64,000 nucleotides of DNA. It comes from Hypanus sabinus. Its lineage: Eukaryota. The stretch spans positions 22,320,001-22,384,000 of the forward strand of contig NC_082735.1 of NCBI RefSeq assembly GCF_030144855.1. Direction: 5' to 3'. Made by a program: the position numbers and the translations under genes. The notes beneath the pieces are model-generated. The model was given only the letters and a program-made list of their open reading frames with translations. It was not told the origin of the DNA and did no database searches. Every line of letters starts with the position of its first letter. The stretch's first letter is position 1. This document shows, one piece after another, positions 10,660-21,059 of the stretch.

Positions 10660-10829
10660 TGATGCACCAGCAATAACTCTCGGAGATGGGAGGCAAACGA
10701 TAGGCTTGTATTAGCAGCAAAACGGAGCACGGCATCTCGGAGACTGAGGGGGGAGCAGTGCCTCCAATCGCCTTTATACAGGGGTCTGTGGGAGGAGTCA
10801 CAGGAGCAGTCAGCAGAGGGGTGACCACA
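10660..10829 (-). repeat. 5' LTR of the Gypsy element, with a deletion or truncation near its outer end
   Basis: Copy of 6559-6754 that lacks most of the CGTGTCCAGACAGGTAAACACAGTTT segment. Confidence 0.93.
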
Positions 10830-11624
10830 AGCAATTTACAATATAGCTGGTGAGGAGAGCTGTGACCTCCTGGTAGTGAGGTAATCAGAATCAGAATCAA
10901 GTTTTATTACCCGTTGACATATGTTGCAAAACTTGTTTTTATTTATGGCAGCAGCGCTTAGCAAGGCATGTAAAAATACTATGAGTTACAATAGGAAATA
11001 TACAGTATAAAAATAAATAAGTCATGTGAAAAGAGAGCAAAATAGTGAGGTAGTGTTCGTGGAATGTTCAGAAATCTGATGGTGGAGGAGACGAAATGGT
11101 TCCTAAGATGTTGAGTATGAGTCTTCAGGCTCCTGTACCTCCTCCCTGATGGTAGCAATGAGATGAGGGCATGTCCTGGGTGGCTCTCCTTCTCCTGCCT
11201 ACTAGAAACAAAGAGTTGTTCTGCTATGAATTCTCAGAAGTCCAGGTGGTGGAACTGATCTTTGAGCTCATCTTTGTTTTGCTCTATCGCATTTTTCTTT
11301 GCATCATGGCACTTCGTTGTACGGAAGTTGTTCGCCTGTGCATGGCTTTCTTGCAGCGATGTTCTTGTTGACTTGTTCAGTCTGTTCAAATGCAGATGGT
11401 ACACTGTACAGCCAAAGAACAAATGCCTGGTGACGGCCTGCCAGGAGATTGAGTGCGGAACTTGTTTATTATCACACCAGCTGGACATGAATGGTGTGGG
11501 ATGACTTCCAGCTGTGATACAACTCTGAATTGGCTGATATTAACCTACAAATCAAAGAGTGTGTGGTAATTTTGTTTTGTACCCACTGTGAGACTGAAAT
11601 ACTCACAAATCTATGTGTTTACTA

Positions 11625-11840
11625 GGCCGGCAGTGTAGCGTCATCTGTACCGGACTTCAAGGCGAGCGGCCTGGGTTAGAGCCCGGCTGCCAGCTCCTTG
11701 CAGCCTTCCATCCATGCTGGGATGAGCGTTGAACAAGCAATTCATCCTCGTTTTTAAAAAAACAGACGAAGATGCTGAAGAAGTGGCAAGGTTGCCACCC
11801 TACGTGCCACATTATGCGGAAAGGAACAATAACAATAACG
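11625..11840 (+). mobile_element. tRNA-derived SINE with an (AAC)n-like tail
   Basis: A-box-like GGCAGTGTAGCG and B-box-like GGTTAGAGCCC. The central TTCCATCCATGCTGGG is shared with the SINE at 61053. Confidence 0.78.
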
Positions 11841-12391
11841 TGCTAACTGCCGTCCGGCAAAGAGAGAGTGAAATAATTGTGGCTCTCTCAAAATGGTGAC
11901 TTACTTTAAACAGCCGTGAATGTCAAGGGAGGAAAGTTTCAGATTTCCAGGAAGAATCAAAGATTCAGGTTCACGACAGCTTCTGGTGAAATGTTTCCTT
12001 CCCAACTGTCAGGTCATTATTGTGTTTGGAGCAATGGCAATCCTCACGTTGCTTTGCCATAAGCTAATTGTCATATTAAGGCACTTGTGTCCGTGAGCAA
12101 CAGTTTTATGCTGAAGCTTGAGAGTGAGCTAAAGTCCTTTGTACAAAGGGCATCAGTCCCTGCAGACTTGAGTAAACTGTAAGGTCTCTAGAGGTTCCAA
12201 ACTACTGTAGAAGTGCACCATCTACAGTTTAAAAAGAACAGTTAGCAACTAACCACTAAGTGGCTGATGAATTCTCCTGGAAAGTTCAAGATACGTATTC
12301 AACTCTGACCTGATGTCTGCTTGCTTGGTACACTGCTTCATGACCATATCTGTACACACCGAAGAGGCATTGTCGTCACTGGCTAACCGGT

Positions 12392-12665
12392 GGGGCGGCC
12401 TGGTAGCATGGTGGTTAGAACAACGCTTTACGGTACCAGTAACCCGGGTTCAATTCCTGCTGCTACCTGTAAGGAGTTTGTACGTTCTCCCTGTGACCGC
12501 ATAGAAGCCCTGGCTTCCCCCCCCCCCCCGCCCCCACACAGTTCAATGACGTACTGGTTGGTAGGTTAGTCAGTCATTGTAAATTGTCCTGTGATTAGGC
12601 TAGGGTTAAATAGTGCAATAGCTGGGTTAAGGGCCGGAAGGGATTATTCCGCACTATATCTCAAA
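12392..12665 (+). mobile_element. V-SINE (HE1-like) tRNA-derived SINE
   Basis: Head GGTAGCATGGTGGTTAG...GGTTCAATTCC, then GGAGTTTGTACGTTCTCCC and GTCATTGTAAATTGTCC. Homologous copies lie at 14928, 28800 and 14200. Confidence 0.85.
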
Positions 12666-13689
12666 AACTAGATAACTCAGTTTCTGAACAGACTCTGAAA
12701 ACTTGCTCAATTCACACCTTCTTTACTTGTGGGTACAGAGAGCAGCACGGCATCTGTCACCAAACCGCCATGAAGCCTTAACTAACAAATGCCATTTCTC
12801 ATACAGAAATTGATGAGTTGTTTAAAAATATTGATACAATAGAAACTTTGTGTACTTCTGAATTCTGTCATCTGCATATTTAAGTACCAATTATAACAAC
12901 TATTTCAGGTGTTAGTAACCAATTAAATCGACACGCTAGAGGCCAATAGTACTTGAAATTTAGTAGAATAACTGCCCAATGATAAGCATTGCACTAGAAT
13001 TCCTTATTTGCATCTTTATCTTGTCTTCCTATGCTCGCAGGGTCAAACAGAAAGATTGTACAAGGCGCCTGTGCTCTCTGTTAGTGTACCATTTTAACCC
13101 TTACCTTGCTGCAATTTCCACATTATTATCAACATTTTGGAAGTGCCTTTAGCAGTTGCTGACTGGTGTGACTGAGTCTATAATACCCCTGCAGCATTTG
13201 CCATATTGGAAGCAATTAAACTTCTGACCTGTTCAAACAGCAAGCCTGTGGAGCTGGATTTTATAACCCTTTTGCTCTCAACACCAAAGTGCAACCATAC
13301 TCTCTAACACATTTTAGAATGTAACGCAGATGAAACTGCAAAGGCATTGTATGGAGTCATGAGGTTTTTTAAATCAGTTATGAAGAGCAATATCAAAAGT
13401 TATGGTATTTGATAATGGAAGTTATATAGATTAAGGGAAAAATGTGTGTTAGATGCTAATAAGGTGATATATTTTCAACAGTCACCAAGAGATTACCATA
13501 AAGATAAAAAAGGAAGCTGAAGAGGTTAGATTCCATATTTCACTTTTTCTGCATGAAAATTCTTTGAAGCAAAATTAAACAAACTGAAATGTTAAATAAT
13601 TGGAGGAGAGAGGAGAGTACTCTCAAGAGGATTGCATGCTCTGTGTTTGTTGGATGGGTGTTTAGTCATAAGATTTTTTTGTATTTGAA

Positions 13690-13865
13690 ATTTGTATTTT
13701 GGGCTCCTTATTTTAGAAAGGATATACTGACATTGGAGAAGGTTCAGAGAAGATTCACGAGAATGATTCCAGGAACGAAAGGATTACTGTATGAGGAACG
13801 TTTGACAGCTCTTGGGTTGTATTCCCTGGAGTTCAGGAGAATGTGGGGGTATCTCATAGAAACAA
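13690..13865 (+). mobile_element. CR1 LINE fragment
   Basis: FWAPYFRKDILTLEKVQRRFTRMIPG...YEERLTALGLYSLEFRR. Confidence 0.88.
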
Positions 13866-13975
13866 CTTAAACTCGATAAAGCAAATAGGTTTGAATGCCA
13901 AAAGTTACAAGGTAAAAAAAACACTCCCTCTTCTGTTTTGTGGATGATGCTTAGAAACAAGACTATGGGACTATG

Positions 13976-14189
13976 TGATGCACCATCAATAACTCACACT
14001 GAGAAGTAAGGCGAGATATCGGCTTTTATTGACTGGAAGAAGGAACCAGGAGTGAGTGTCCATCATACAATGTCCTGGAGACTGAGGCCGAGCGTCAGGC
14101 CTCAGATCGCCTTTATACAGGGGCCTGTGGGAGGAGCCACAGGAGCAGTCAGCAGGGGGCGTGTCCAGACAGGCACATAGTTCACCACA
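13976..14189 (-). mobile_element. Solo LTR (214 bp) of a sister family of the 6559-10829 Gypsy element
   Basis: Same termini (TGATGCACCATCAATAACTC...CACCACA) and the same GGGAGGAGCCACAGGAGCAGTCAGCAG block. Perfect 5-bp TSD CTATG at 13971-13975 and 14190-14194. Confidence 0.93.
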
Positions 14190-14927
14190 CTATGGTCTCA
14201 TGGCTTTTGCAGCCTGGGTTCAGTCTTGATCTGTGCTCCCCTTCCTGTGTGGAGTTTGCAAGTTCTTCCTTTGATTATGTAAGTGTCCTCCTACATTCCA
14301 AAGACTTGACATGCGGTAAAACGAATTGACCACTGTAAATTGCCCTTTTGTGCAGTTTATTTAGGGGAATGGTAGAATCTGGGGAGAGTTGATATGAATG
14401 CAGGGAGATTAAAGTAGGATTAATGTAAGGTAAGTATTAATGGATGCTTGATAGTTGGTGCAGATTTGGTGGACGAAAGGGTCTGTTTCTGCACTATACA
14501 ACTCTGTGAGGGTGATTTCTGCTGTGTAGCAGTAATGGACAGTGGATAGCTAGGCAGAAAGAGCACGCTGTTTTTTTTTCTGGGAGTGCTTGAAAACATC
14601 CTTGGATTATTTCCTTTGACTCCCTGGTAACTTCTTCCCATGATAAGCTTGAAATTCCTGGAATCTGATGTTGGCACATGGCCGTCATGGCCTGCCCATT
14701 AGAGTCAACTGCGTATAATTAGCAGTCCAATGCTGGGGACGCTGGCCTCGATGAGGAGACTGATGTTTATTTGCTAATCCTGCCAGTGGATTCTAAGAAT
14801 TTTCCTGAGAGAGCAATAGTGGTATTTTTCCAAGTCTCAGAGCCATACCGGGGGGGGGGGGGGGGGGGTCACTGATGTGTACTTTGTCAAATGTTGCTTT
14901 CCAAAGTATGGAGACTATTCTGATTCA

Positions 14928-15467
14928 GGGCAGCACCCAAGCATACTGGTTAGCACAACACTTTACAGTACAGGTAACACGCATTCAATTCCCTGTCACT
15001 GCATGTAAAGGATTTTTGCATTCTCCCTGTGGGTTTCCTCTGGGGGCCTCCACTTTCCCCCCCACAGTCCCAAGATGTACTGGTTGATAGGTTACAAACA
15101 AGAGAAAATCTGCAGATGCTGGAAATCCGAGCAACACACACAAAATGCTGGAGGCACTCAGCAGGCCAGGCAGCATCCTTCGGAAAAAAGTACAAGTTTC
15201 GGTCCAAGACCCTTCGGTAGCACTGAATCGATAGAAAAAAGTACAGGCCACGTTGCGGGCTGAAACATCGACTGTACTTTTTTCCATAGTTGCTGCCTGT
15301 CCTGCTGAGCTCCTCCAGCATCTTGTGTGTGTTAGTTGGTAGGATAATTGGGCATTGTAAATTGGCTCGTGATTAGGCTGGGATTAAATCCGGGGATGGC
15401 TGGGCAGTGTGGCTTGAAGGGCCAGCAGGGTCTATTCTGCACGGTAACTCAATAAATATATAAATAA
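14928..15467 (+). mobile_element. V-SINE interrupted by a Penelope palindrome
   Basis: Colinear with 12392-12665 once 15096-15332 is removed. Ends in an AATAAAT tail. Confidence 0.82.
15096..15332. mobile_element. Penelope-derived palindromic element inserted in a V-SINE
   Basis: Runs AAACAAGAGAAAATCTGCAGATGCTGG... and ends in an inverted copy, ...CTCCAGCATCTTGTGTGTGTT. Confidence 0.85.
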
Positions 15468-16904
15468 ATGTCTCTGGCAGGAAGTGAGGCAATAAATTTT
15501 CAGTTTTCAGTTTCTTTAGACAGTAAAGAAATTGAGGTTTTTTTTTGGAGAATTGGATTACCACTGTATGTCATCCCACTTTTTAAATGTAATTTACCTG
15601 CTGTCTCAACTTTCCATTTCTTTAATTCAGTACCAGTTGCAATTGAATTTCTTGTGTCTTTCACAGTTTAAAACCTACACAGGCTCCAATGAATTTCAAC
15701 ATTCATTAACAATTTTTGTGTCGCGTAAAATTGGAAAGAGAAATGCATGAAGCCGAACGACTGAGGTTGAGATAACTAATTATGTACCCACAGTGGAAAA
15801 GCCAGCCTAACTAAAGGGAATGGACCTTAAGTTCAGGAGCAGGATTGTCGCAACAGAGGCAAAAGCAGCTACCGTTTGTGACAAGATTGGCACCTCAGAG
15901 GGAAGAAGTAGATGTCACCTTCGAAAAGTGACACATCATTCTTGGACTCAGACGGAGAGGAATGTCAGAGTGAAGATTTAAACTTTCTGATTTTCACTCC
16001 TTGCTGTCAGTGGGACTTCAGATGCTCGAAACTGCAGATTAAAATAATTAACCAAAGAGCCCATACAAAGGAGTTACAATATACAGAACGTTGAACTGGT
16101 TTCTTAAAGATCTTCATGAACTTAGCCATTAGGTAGTCTCTGCGCTGTGGATAAAATAAATGTTAAAAGCTTTAGAGCTCAATATGATTCTAGGAGAATG
16201 TGACATCAAGAAGAAGGTCAATTAATTTCCGTGGGACCATCAGGCATTTACCTCAGCCATGTTTGCATTCACAATCATCAGTCATAATTGCTGTATCTGC
16301 TGGCTTTGCTCAACTGAGTAGTCTGGGCAAAGGCCATGAGAATGACTCACCTTTCAACAAGAATAATGTTTGAATTTGTTTAAATATAGCGGTGCAGAAT
16401 TGCAAAATGGGAGATGAAGGAGTGCGGTGGTGAGATAGATGAATGCAAAAATTAACACCTCCCTTTGAAAGCAAAAGATTCAAAGCACCAATTTATTTCT
16501 GAGAGGAGTCCTTAATCTCAGTTGGAAATAAGGGAGGAAATTAATTGAATGGAATGATTATTTTAATTGAAGTCTGCACTCCTTTCACTGCTGCCATCGG
16601 AAAGGAGCTCTCGGTCCTACAATGCAAGGTTCAGGAACAGTTATTACCCTTCAACCATCAGACTCCTAAACCAGCAAAGATTACTCCACTCACCTCAACT
16701 CTGAACTAATTCCACCACCTATGGGCTCACTTGCAAGGACTCGATAACAAATGTTCTCGGTATTATTTATTTATTTGCACAGTTTGTCTTTCGCACATTG
16801 ATTATTTGTCATTCTTTGTGTGTAGTTTTTCATTGATTCTATTCTATTTCTCTGTTCTGTTATGAAAATAAAAGTATGTAGACATGGTCAACAGGTTCAG
16901 TTTT

Positions 16905-17300
16905 TCAGGCCAAACTTCAGAATGGGAAGACGTGATCTAAATGACTTTGACCTTGGAATAATTGTTGGTATCAGACAGAGTACTGCTCTCCTGGGATTTT
17001 CACGCACAACACTCTCTAGAGTTGACAGAGAATGAAGTGGAAAACAGAGAAAAAAAAGTCCCAGTGAATGGCAGTTAGAAGGTCCAAGGAGAATGGAGAG
17101 ACTGGTTGAAGCCGACAGGAAAGTGACAGTAACTCAAACAACCACGTGTTACAACAGTGGTGTGCAGAAGAGCATCTCTGAACACACAACATGTTGAATC
17201 TTGAAGCAGATGGGCACCGGCAACAGAAAACCTTGAGTATGCACTCAGCAGCTGCTTCATTAGGTACAGGAGATACCTAATAGAAGTGACCACTGAATAT
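16905..17300 (+). mobile_element. Internally deleted Tc1-like element (paired/HTH region remnant)
   Basis: Decayed MGRRDLNDFDLGIIVG...LLGFSRTTLSRV. It ends in a short palindrome built from TIR-like pieces (CACTCAG...ATTAGGTAC and TACCTAAT...CCACTGA). Confidence 0.72.
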
Positions 17301-17344
17301 GCATACTTCGATAAAAGATTTACTTCGCTCTTTGTACTTTCTTA

Positions 17345-17580
17345 ACTCCACCATGGATGGTCCCAAGCCTGAATGTGAAAGGAGGAGGCTGGGCTTGGGG
17401 CTAGCAACCCCGTCCTGTAAAAACCCAGTGTGACAGAAACACCAATAGGAGCTCCAAAGACCTGGGAGGGGAAGGACACACCAAGAAGATGGGCTATACC
17501 TGGAGGCAGTGTGAGAGACTGACCCAAGACAGGGGGCTCTGGCGAGCTTCTGCTTGTGCCCCTGCAGGGGTGATGGGCAC
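17345..17580 (+). mobile_element. Probable RTE-derived bipartite non-autonomous element
   Basis: A GGGCTAGCAACCCC.TCCTGTAAAAAC 5'-type block is joined to a GACAGGGGGCTCTGGCG 3'-type block. Confidence 0.55.
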
Positions 17581-18484
17581 CCACTTTGTTACACCAACGA
17601 CGTGACTCACAGCTGTTTGGCCAGGTACTCCCACTTCAGTGTGATTGCTGCCCTGGTGCAGTCCACAGCGGCAGCAATAAGTTATGGATGGCAAAAACTC
17701 AAAGCCAAAGTAAAATTTGCTGCAAACTCCCTATATGTCAGCTTGCACCCTGGGCGAGGGAAAGATGGTTTAAAAATAACAATGGCAGTCTTACTTGACC
17801 ACGGCCCTTCATTATGCGCTTTTATTACAAACGTAGTTTTAACGCTGCTATCTAGAGAAAGATCCATCCGTAACAGATTTAGGAGGCAGCTTGCCTCAAA
17901 ATAAACATGATGGCTGAAGGAAGGCAAAGATAACTGGAAGAGAAAGATATTATAAGACCATTCTTTGCAAGTCAGGCAGTGCATGAATTGTACCTTTGGG
18001 CTACACAGCATTCCTGGAAAACATGAACTCGCCACTTCCCTGCCCCTCTCCCACTTGCTTTGCTCCCATCCCATGATGACACTTCCCATTTCCCACTGGT
18101 GGAAGGGAATTGAAAGTGGGAATGGGACTGACAGGATGCTCTGCTAGGAGCTTCCATGGACACAGTGGGATGAACGTAAGTTCACTCCCTTTCTCAGCCT
18201 CCAGTTTCCAGCTGCCTTTATCCCACCTACCGCCCTCACACCCTGCAGCCCATTCCATGGACAAATAACTGCTACTTTCCTGCCATCCTCTCGATGCATC
18301 TGGTTCTGATGAGGAACCTCCAGCCGGACCTCAAGGAAAAAAGTGCTTCTGGATATTCTGAATGCTCTACCTCTTCCAGAACCTCTGCTGTGGACACCAC
18401 CACCCCCTCCTAGTAATTTACTCCCCATGCATGAAACATGCCATACCTCCTCTGGCCCCAGTGGTTTTGGCACACCTATTCTGT

Positions 18485-18850
18485 GTGGCGGGGTAGGTAT
18501 GTCTCGACTAAAGGAGGTTTAAGGCACTCCTTCCCTTCAGCCTGCAGGTCACCCTTGGGCAAGGTGTAGCACCTGCTTAGCTCCTCGATCATATGAAGCC
18601 ACGGAAGCAGGAGGTGGATGGTTGTATGAGCAGCCGGTGCATATCACAAGTCTTGGTTATGCAACAACTGACGCCAGGCAGGTGATCTCTGAAGGGTATG
18701 GGTAAAGGCTGGGGTCACCTGTCTTGAAAAGACACTGCCCAGAAGAAGGAAAGGCAAACATCTTCTGTAGAACCACTTGCACAGAACAATCATGGTCATG
18801 GAAAGACCATGGCCGCCCACCTCATAAGACAAGGCACATAAGGAATGAAT
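18485..18850 (+). mobile_element. Non-autonomous retroposon with an RTE-like 3' tail (copy 2)
   Basis: Aligns with 1370-1710 (reverse complement) and 40940-41280. Confidence 0.8.
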
Positions 18851-19539
18851 GATTTTCCATTAGCAGGAGCTGCTCTATGTGAGAAACTGGGCACATGATT
18901 AAAAAAAAGGTATAATTATTATTATGAGGATGCTGGAAGTTATAAATTGCCTTATGGAAAGATCAGGTAGTTTTCATAAGCTTGCACTGAAATTAATTAG
19001 AGATGTCCTTGATGTGGTGATGAGCTTGCAAATCTGTTTCGGTCATGAGCAAACAGACCTGTGTGATATGCACACAGGAGACAGCCAAGCTTAATGGTGT
19101 GCTGCACCAGCACTAACTTCAGGAAAGAAGAGGTTACTTCATACATTGCATTAAAGTAAGTACATCCCCATAAATCTAACTGTCATTTGCCAAAAGTGAA
19201 TCTATTGTTTGAATGGTAATCAAAGGGAAATTAAAATATTCTTCTTCCACAGAGGAGGAGGGAAGGGAAGCAGAGTGAAGAATCTGGGTTAGAGAGATAA
19301 AGACTGAAATAGCTGACAAGTGACAAGTTGCTCATCAAAGTGGAAAATAACTTTGTGGGTAAAATGTTTCTATTCTAAACTAAAGTAATAATCAAGCATC
19401 TAACACTAAATTTGTAATGAGTGATGAGCTTCTCACTAAGTTATCAGCAGCAATTACTGTATTAGTACTCATTACAGAGTTTCCTCAGACAGGAGTTTTT
19501 ATTGGCTAATTCCTGACTTGTTTCAAGTGTCTGTCCCAC

Positions 19540-20350
19540 CTCGCCTCCCCCCCCAACTTTCCCACTTTCTGCTTTCTGCTGGGATCGCTCCCTACACGAC
19601 TCCCTTGTCCATTCATCCCTCCCCATTGATCTCCCGCCTGGCGCTTATCCTTGCAAGCAGAACAAGCGCTGTACCTGCCCCTACACCTCCTCCCTCACTA
19701 CCATTCAGGGCCCCAAACAGTCCTTCCAGGCGAGGCGACACTTCACCTGTGAGCCTCCAGGGGTCATTTACTGTGTTCGATGCTCCCAGTGTGACCTCCT
19801 GTACATCGGTGAGACCCGACATAGATTGGGAGACCGCTTCGTCAACTATCAATGCTCCGTCTGCCAGAAAAAGTGGGAGCTCCCAGTGGTCACCCATTTT
19901 AATTCCACTTCCCATTCCTGTTCCGATATGTCTATCCATGGCATCCTCCACTGTCGTGATGAGGCCACACTTAGATTGGAGGAACAACACCTTATATTCC
20001 GTTTGGGTAGCCTCAAACCTGATGGCATGTACATGGGTTTCTCAAACTTTGAGTAATGCCCCCAAACCCCCCCCCCACTTCTCCATTTCCCATCCCCTTT
20101 TTCCTCTCTCACCTCCTTCTCCTTGCCAACCCATCCATAGCCTCCCTCCGGTGCTCCTTCCCCCTTTTTCTTTCTTCCATGGCCTTCTGTCTCTTTCACC
20201 AATCGACTTCCCAGCTCTTTATTTCATCCCTCTCCCTCCAGGTTTCACCTATCACCTGGTCTTTCTTTCTCTCTCCTGCCCTCACCTTTGAAATCTACTC
20301 CTCAGCTTTTTTTCTCCAGTCCAGTCCAGTCCAGTCCTGTCGAAGACCCT
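19540..20350 (+). mobile_element. Penelope-like element 3' part: GIY-YIG endonuclease remnant and pyrimidine-rich tail
   Basis: The frame is open from ~19562 to the stop at 20056: PLSAFCWDRSLHDSLVHS...CKQNKRCTCP...GVIYCVRCSQCDLLYIGETRHRLGDRF...LPVVTHFN...EEQHLIFRLGSLKPDG. Confidence 0.92.
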
Positions 20351-20481
20351 AAGTAATTCCTGGCTTAGGTGCTCCATCCTCAGAGTACATCATGAGGAAG
20401 CTGAACAAGTGGGCTGAAATGTGAGGACAGGAGTGTTGGCAGATTGGCAGCGTCGAGAAAGGTGCTAGACTGTGCTATAGT

Positions 20482-20972
20482 AAACACAAGAGATTCTGCA
20501 GATGCTGGAAATCTAGGTCAACACACAAAGTGCTGAAGGAACTCACCAAGTTGGGCAGCATCTGTGGAGGGGAATAAACAGTTGACATTTCAGGCCAAGA
20601 CCCTTCATCAGGACTGGAAAGGAAGCTGGCAGAAGACAATCCCATCTGTCTCCTTCCTTCAGTCCTGATGAGGGTCTCGGCTGTTTATTCCCCTGACTTA
20701 CTGAGCGGCTCCAGCAGATTCTGTTTCAAAATGTGTCAATATATTCCCAATGGTAGAGGTGAAACCGGGATGACAGGATCCTCCCCAGTGTTCATGTAAT
20801 CTCCCAATGGCTCGATACAAAAAACACATGTAACTCAAAACGATGGTAACAGGGTCCTGCTGAAGGGTCTCAGCTGTATTTTTTTTCTATAGATGCTGCC
20901 TGGCCTGCTGAGTTCCTCCAGCATCTTGTGTGTGTTGCTCGAATTTCCAGCGTCTGCAGATTTTCTCTTGTT
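20482..20972. mobile_element. Two Penelope-derived palindromic or terminal pieces (20482-20725 and ~20855-20972)
   Basis: Same CTGCAGATGCTGGAAAT and CCTGATGAAGGGTCTC motifs in both orientations. Confidence 0.82.
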
Positions 20973-21059
20973 CAAGTTGATTATTCTTGTCTGAATAATT
21001 GAAGATCAAGAACCATATGTTTAATAAGTACCAGGGCAAGAGTAGGCTGATTGTGAATA

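Larger units (their letters stand above)
6559..10829 (-). mobile_element. Ty3/Gypsy LTR retrotransposon, near full length, decayed
   Basis: Two direct LTRs (6559-6754 and 10660-10829), a PPT beside the 3' LTR, and internal gag-PR-RT-RNaseH-IN in Gypsy order with stops and frameshifts. The flanks AGCTG and AGCAA match only partly. Confidence 0.97.

Noticed and set aside
11234-11504. Coding-like patch with ORFs on both strands
   Set aside because: No recognisable protein and no convincing pair of splice sites. It remains unexplained.
12392-12470. tRNA-like sequence with A and B boxes (also at 11625 and 61240-61313)
   Set aside because: These are SINE heads continuous with SINE bodies. They do not form a complete cloverleaf.
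13000-13100. Strong plus-strand splice acceptor (…cctatgctcgcag|G), and another at ~22430
   Set aside because: No matching donor or recognisable peptide, so it cannot be called an exon.
14849-14868. Poly-G/C runs (also at ~12517, 25932 and 33484) as G-quadruplex elements
   Set aside because: These are simple homopolymer expansions, often inside repeats or beside the gap, and their lengths may be unreliable.
19518-20291. 257-aa Pro/Ser-rich ORF
   Set aside because: It is an alternative frame over the Penelope remnant. The meaningful frame is the GIY-YIG one ending at 20056.
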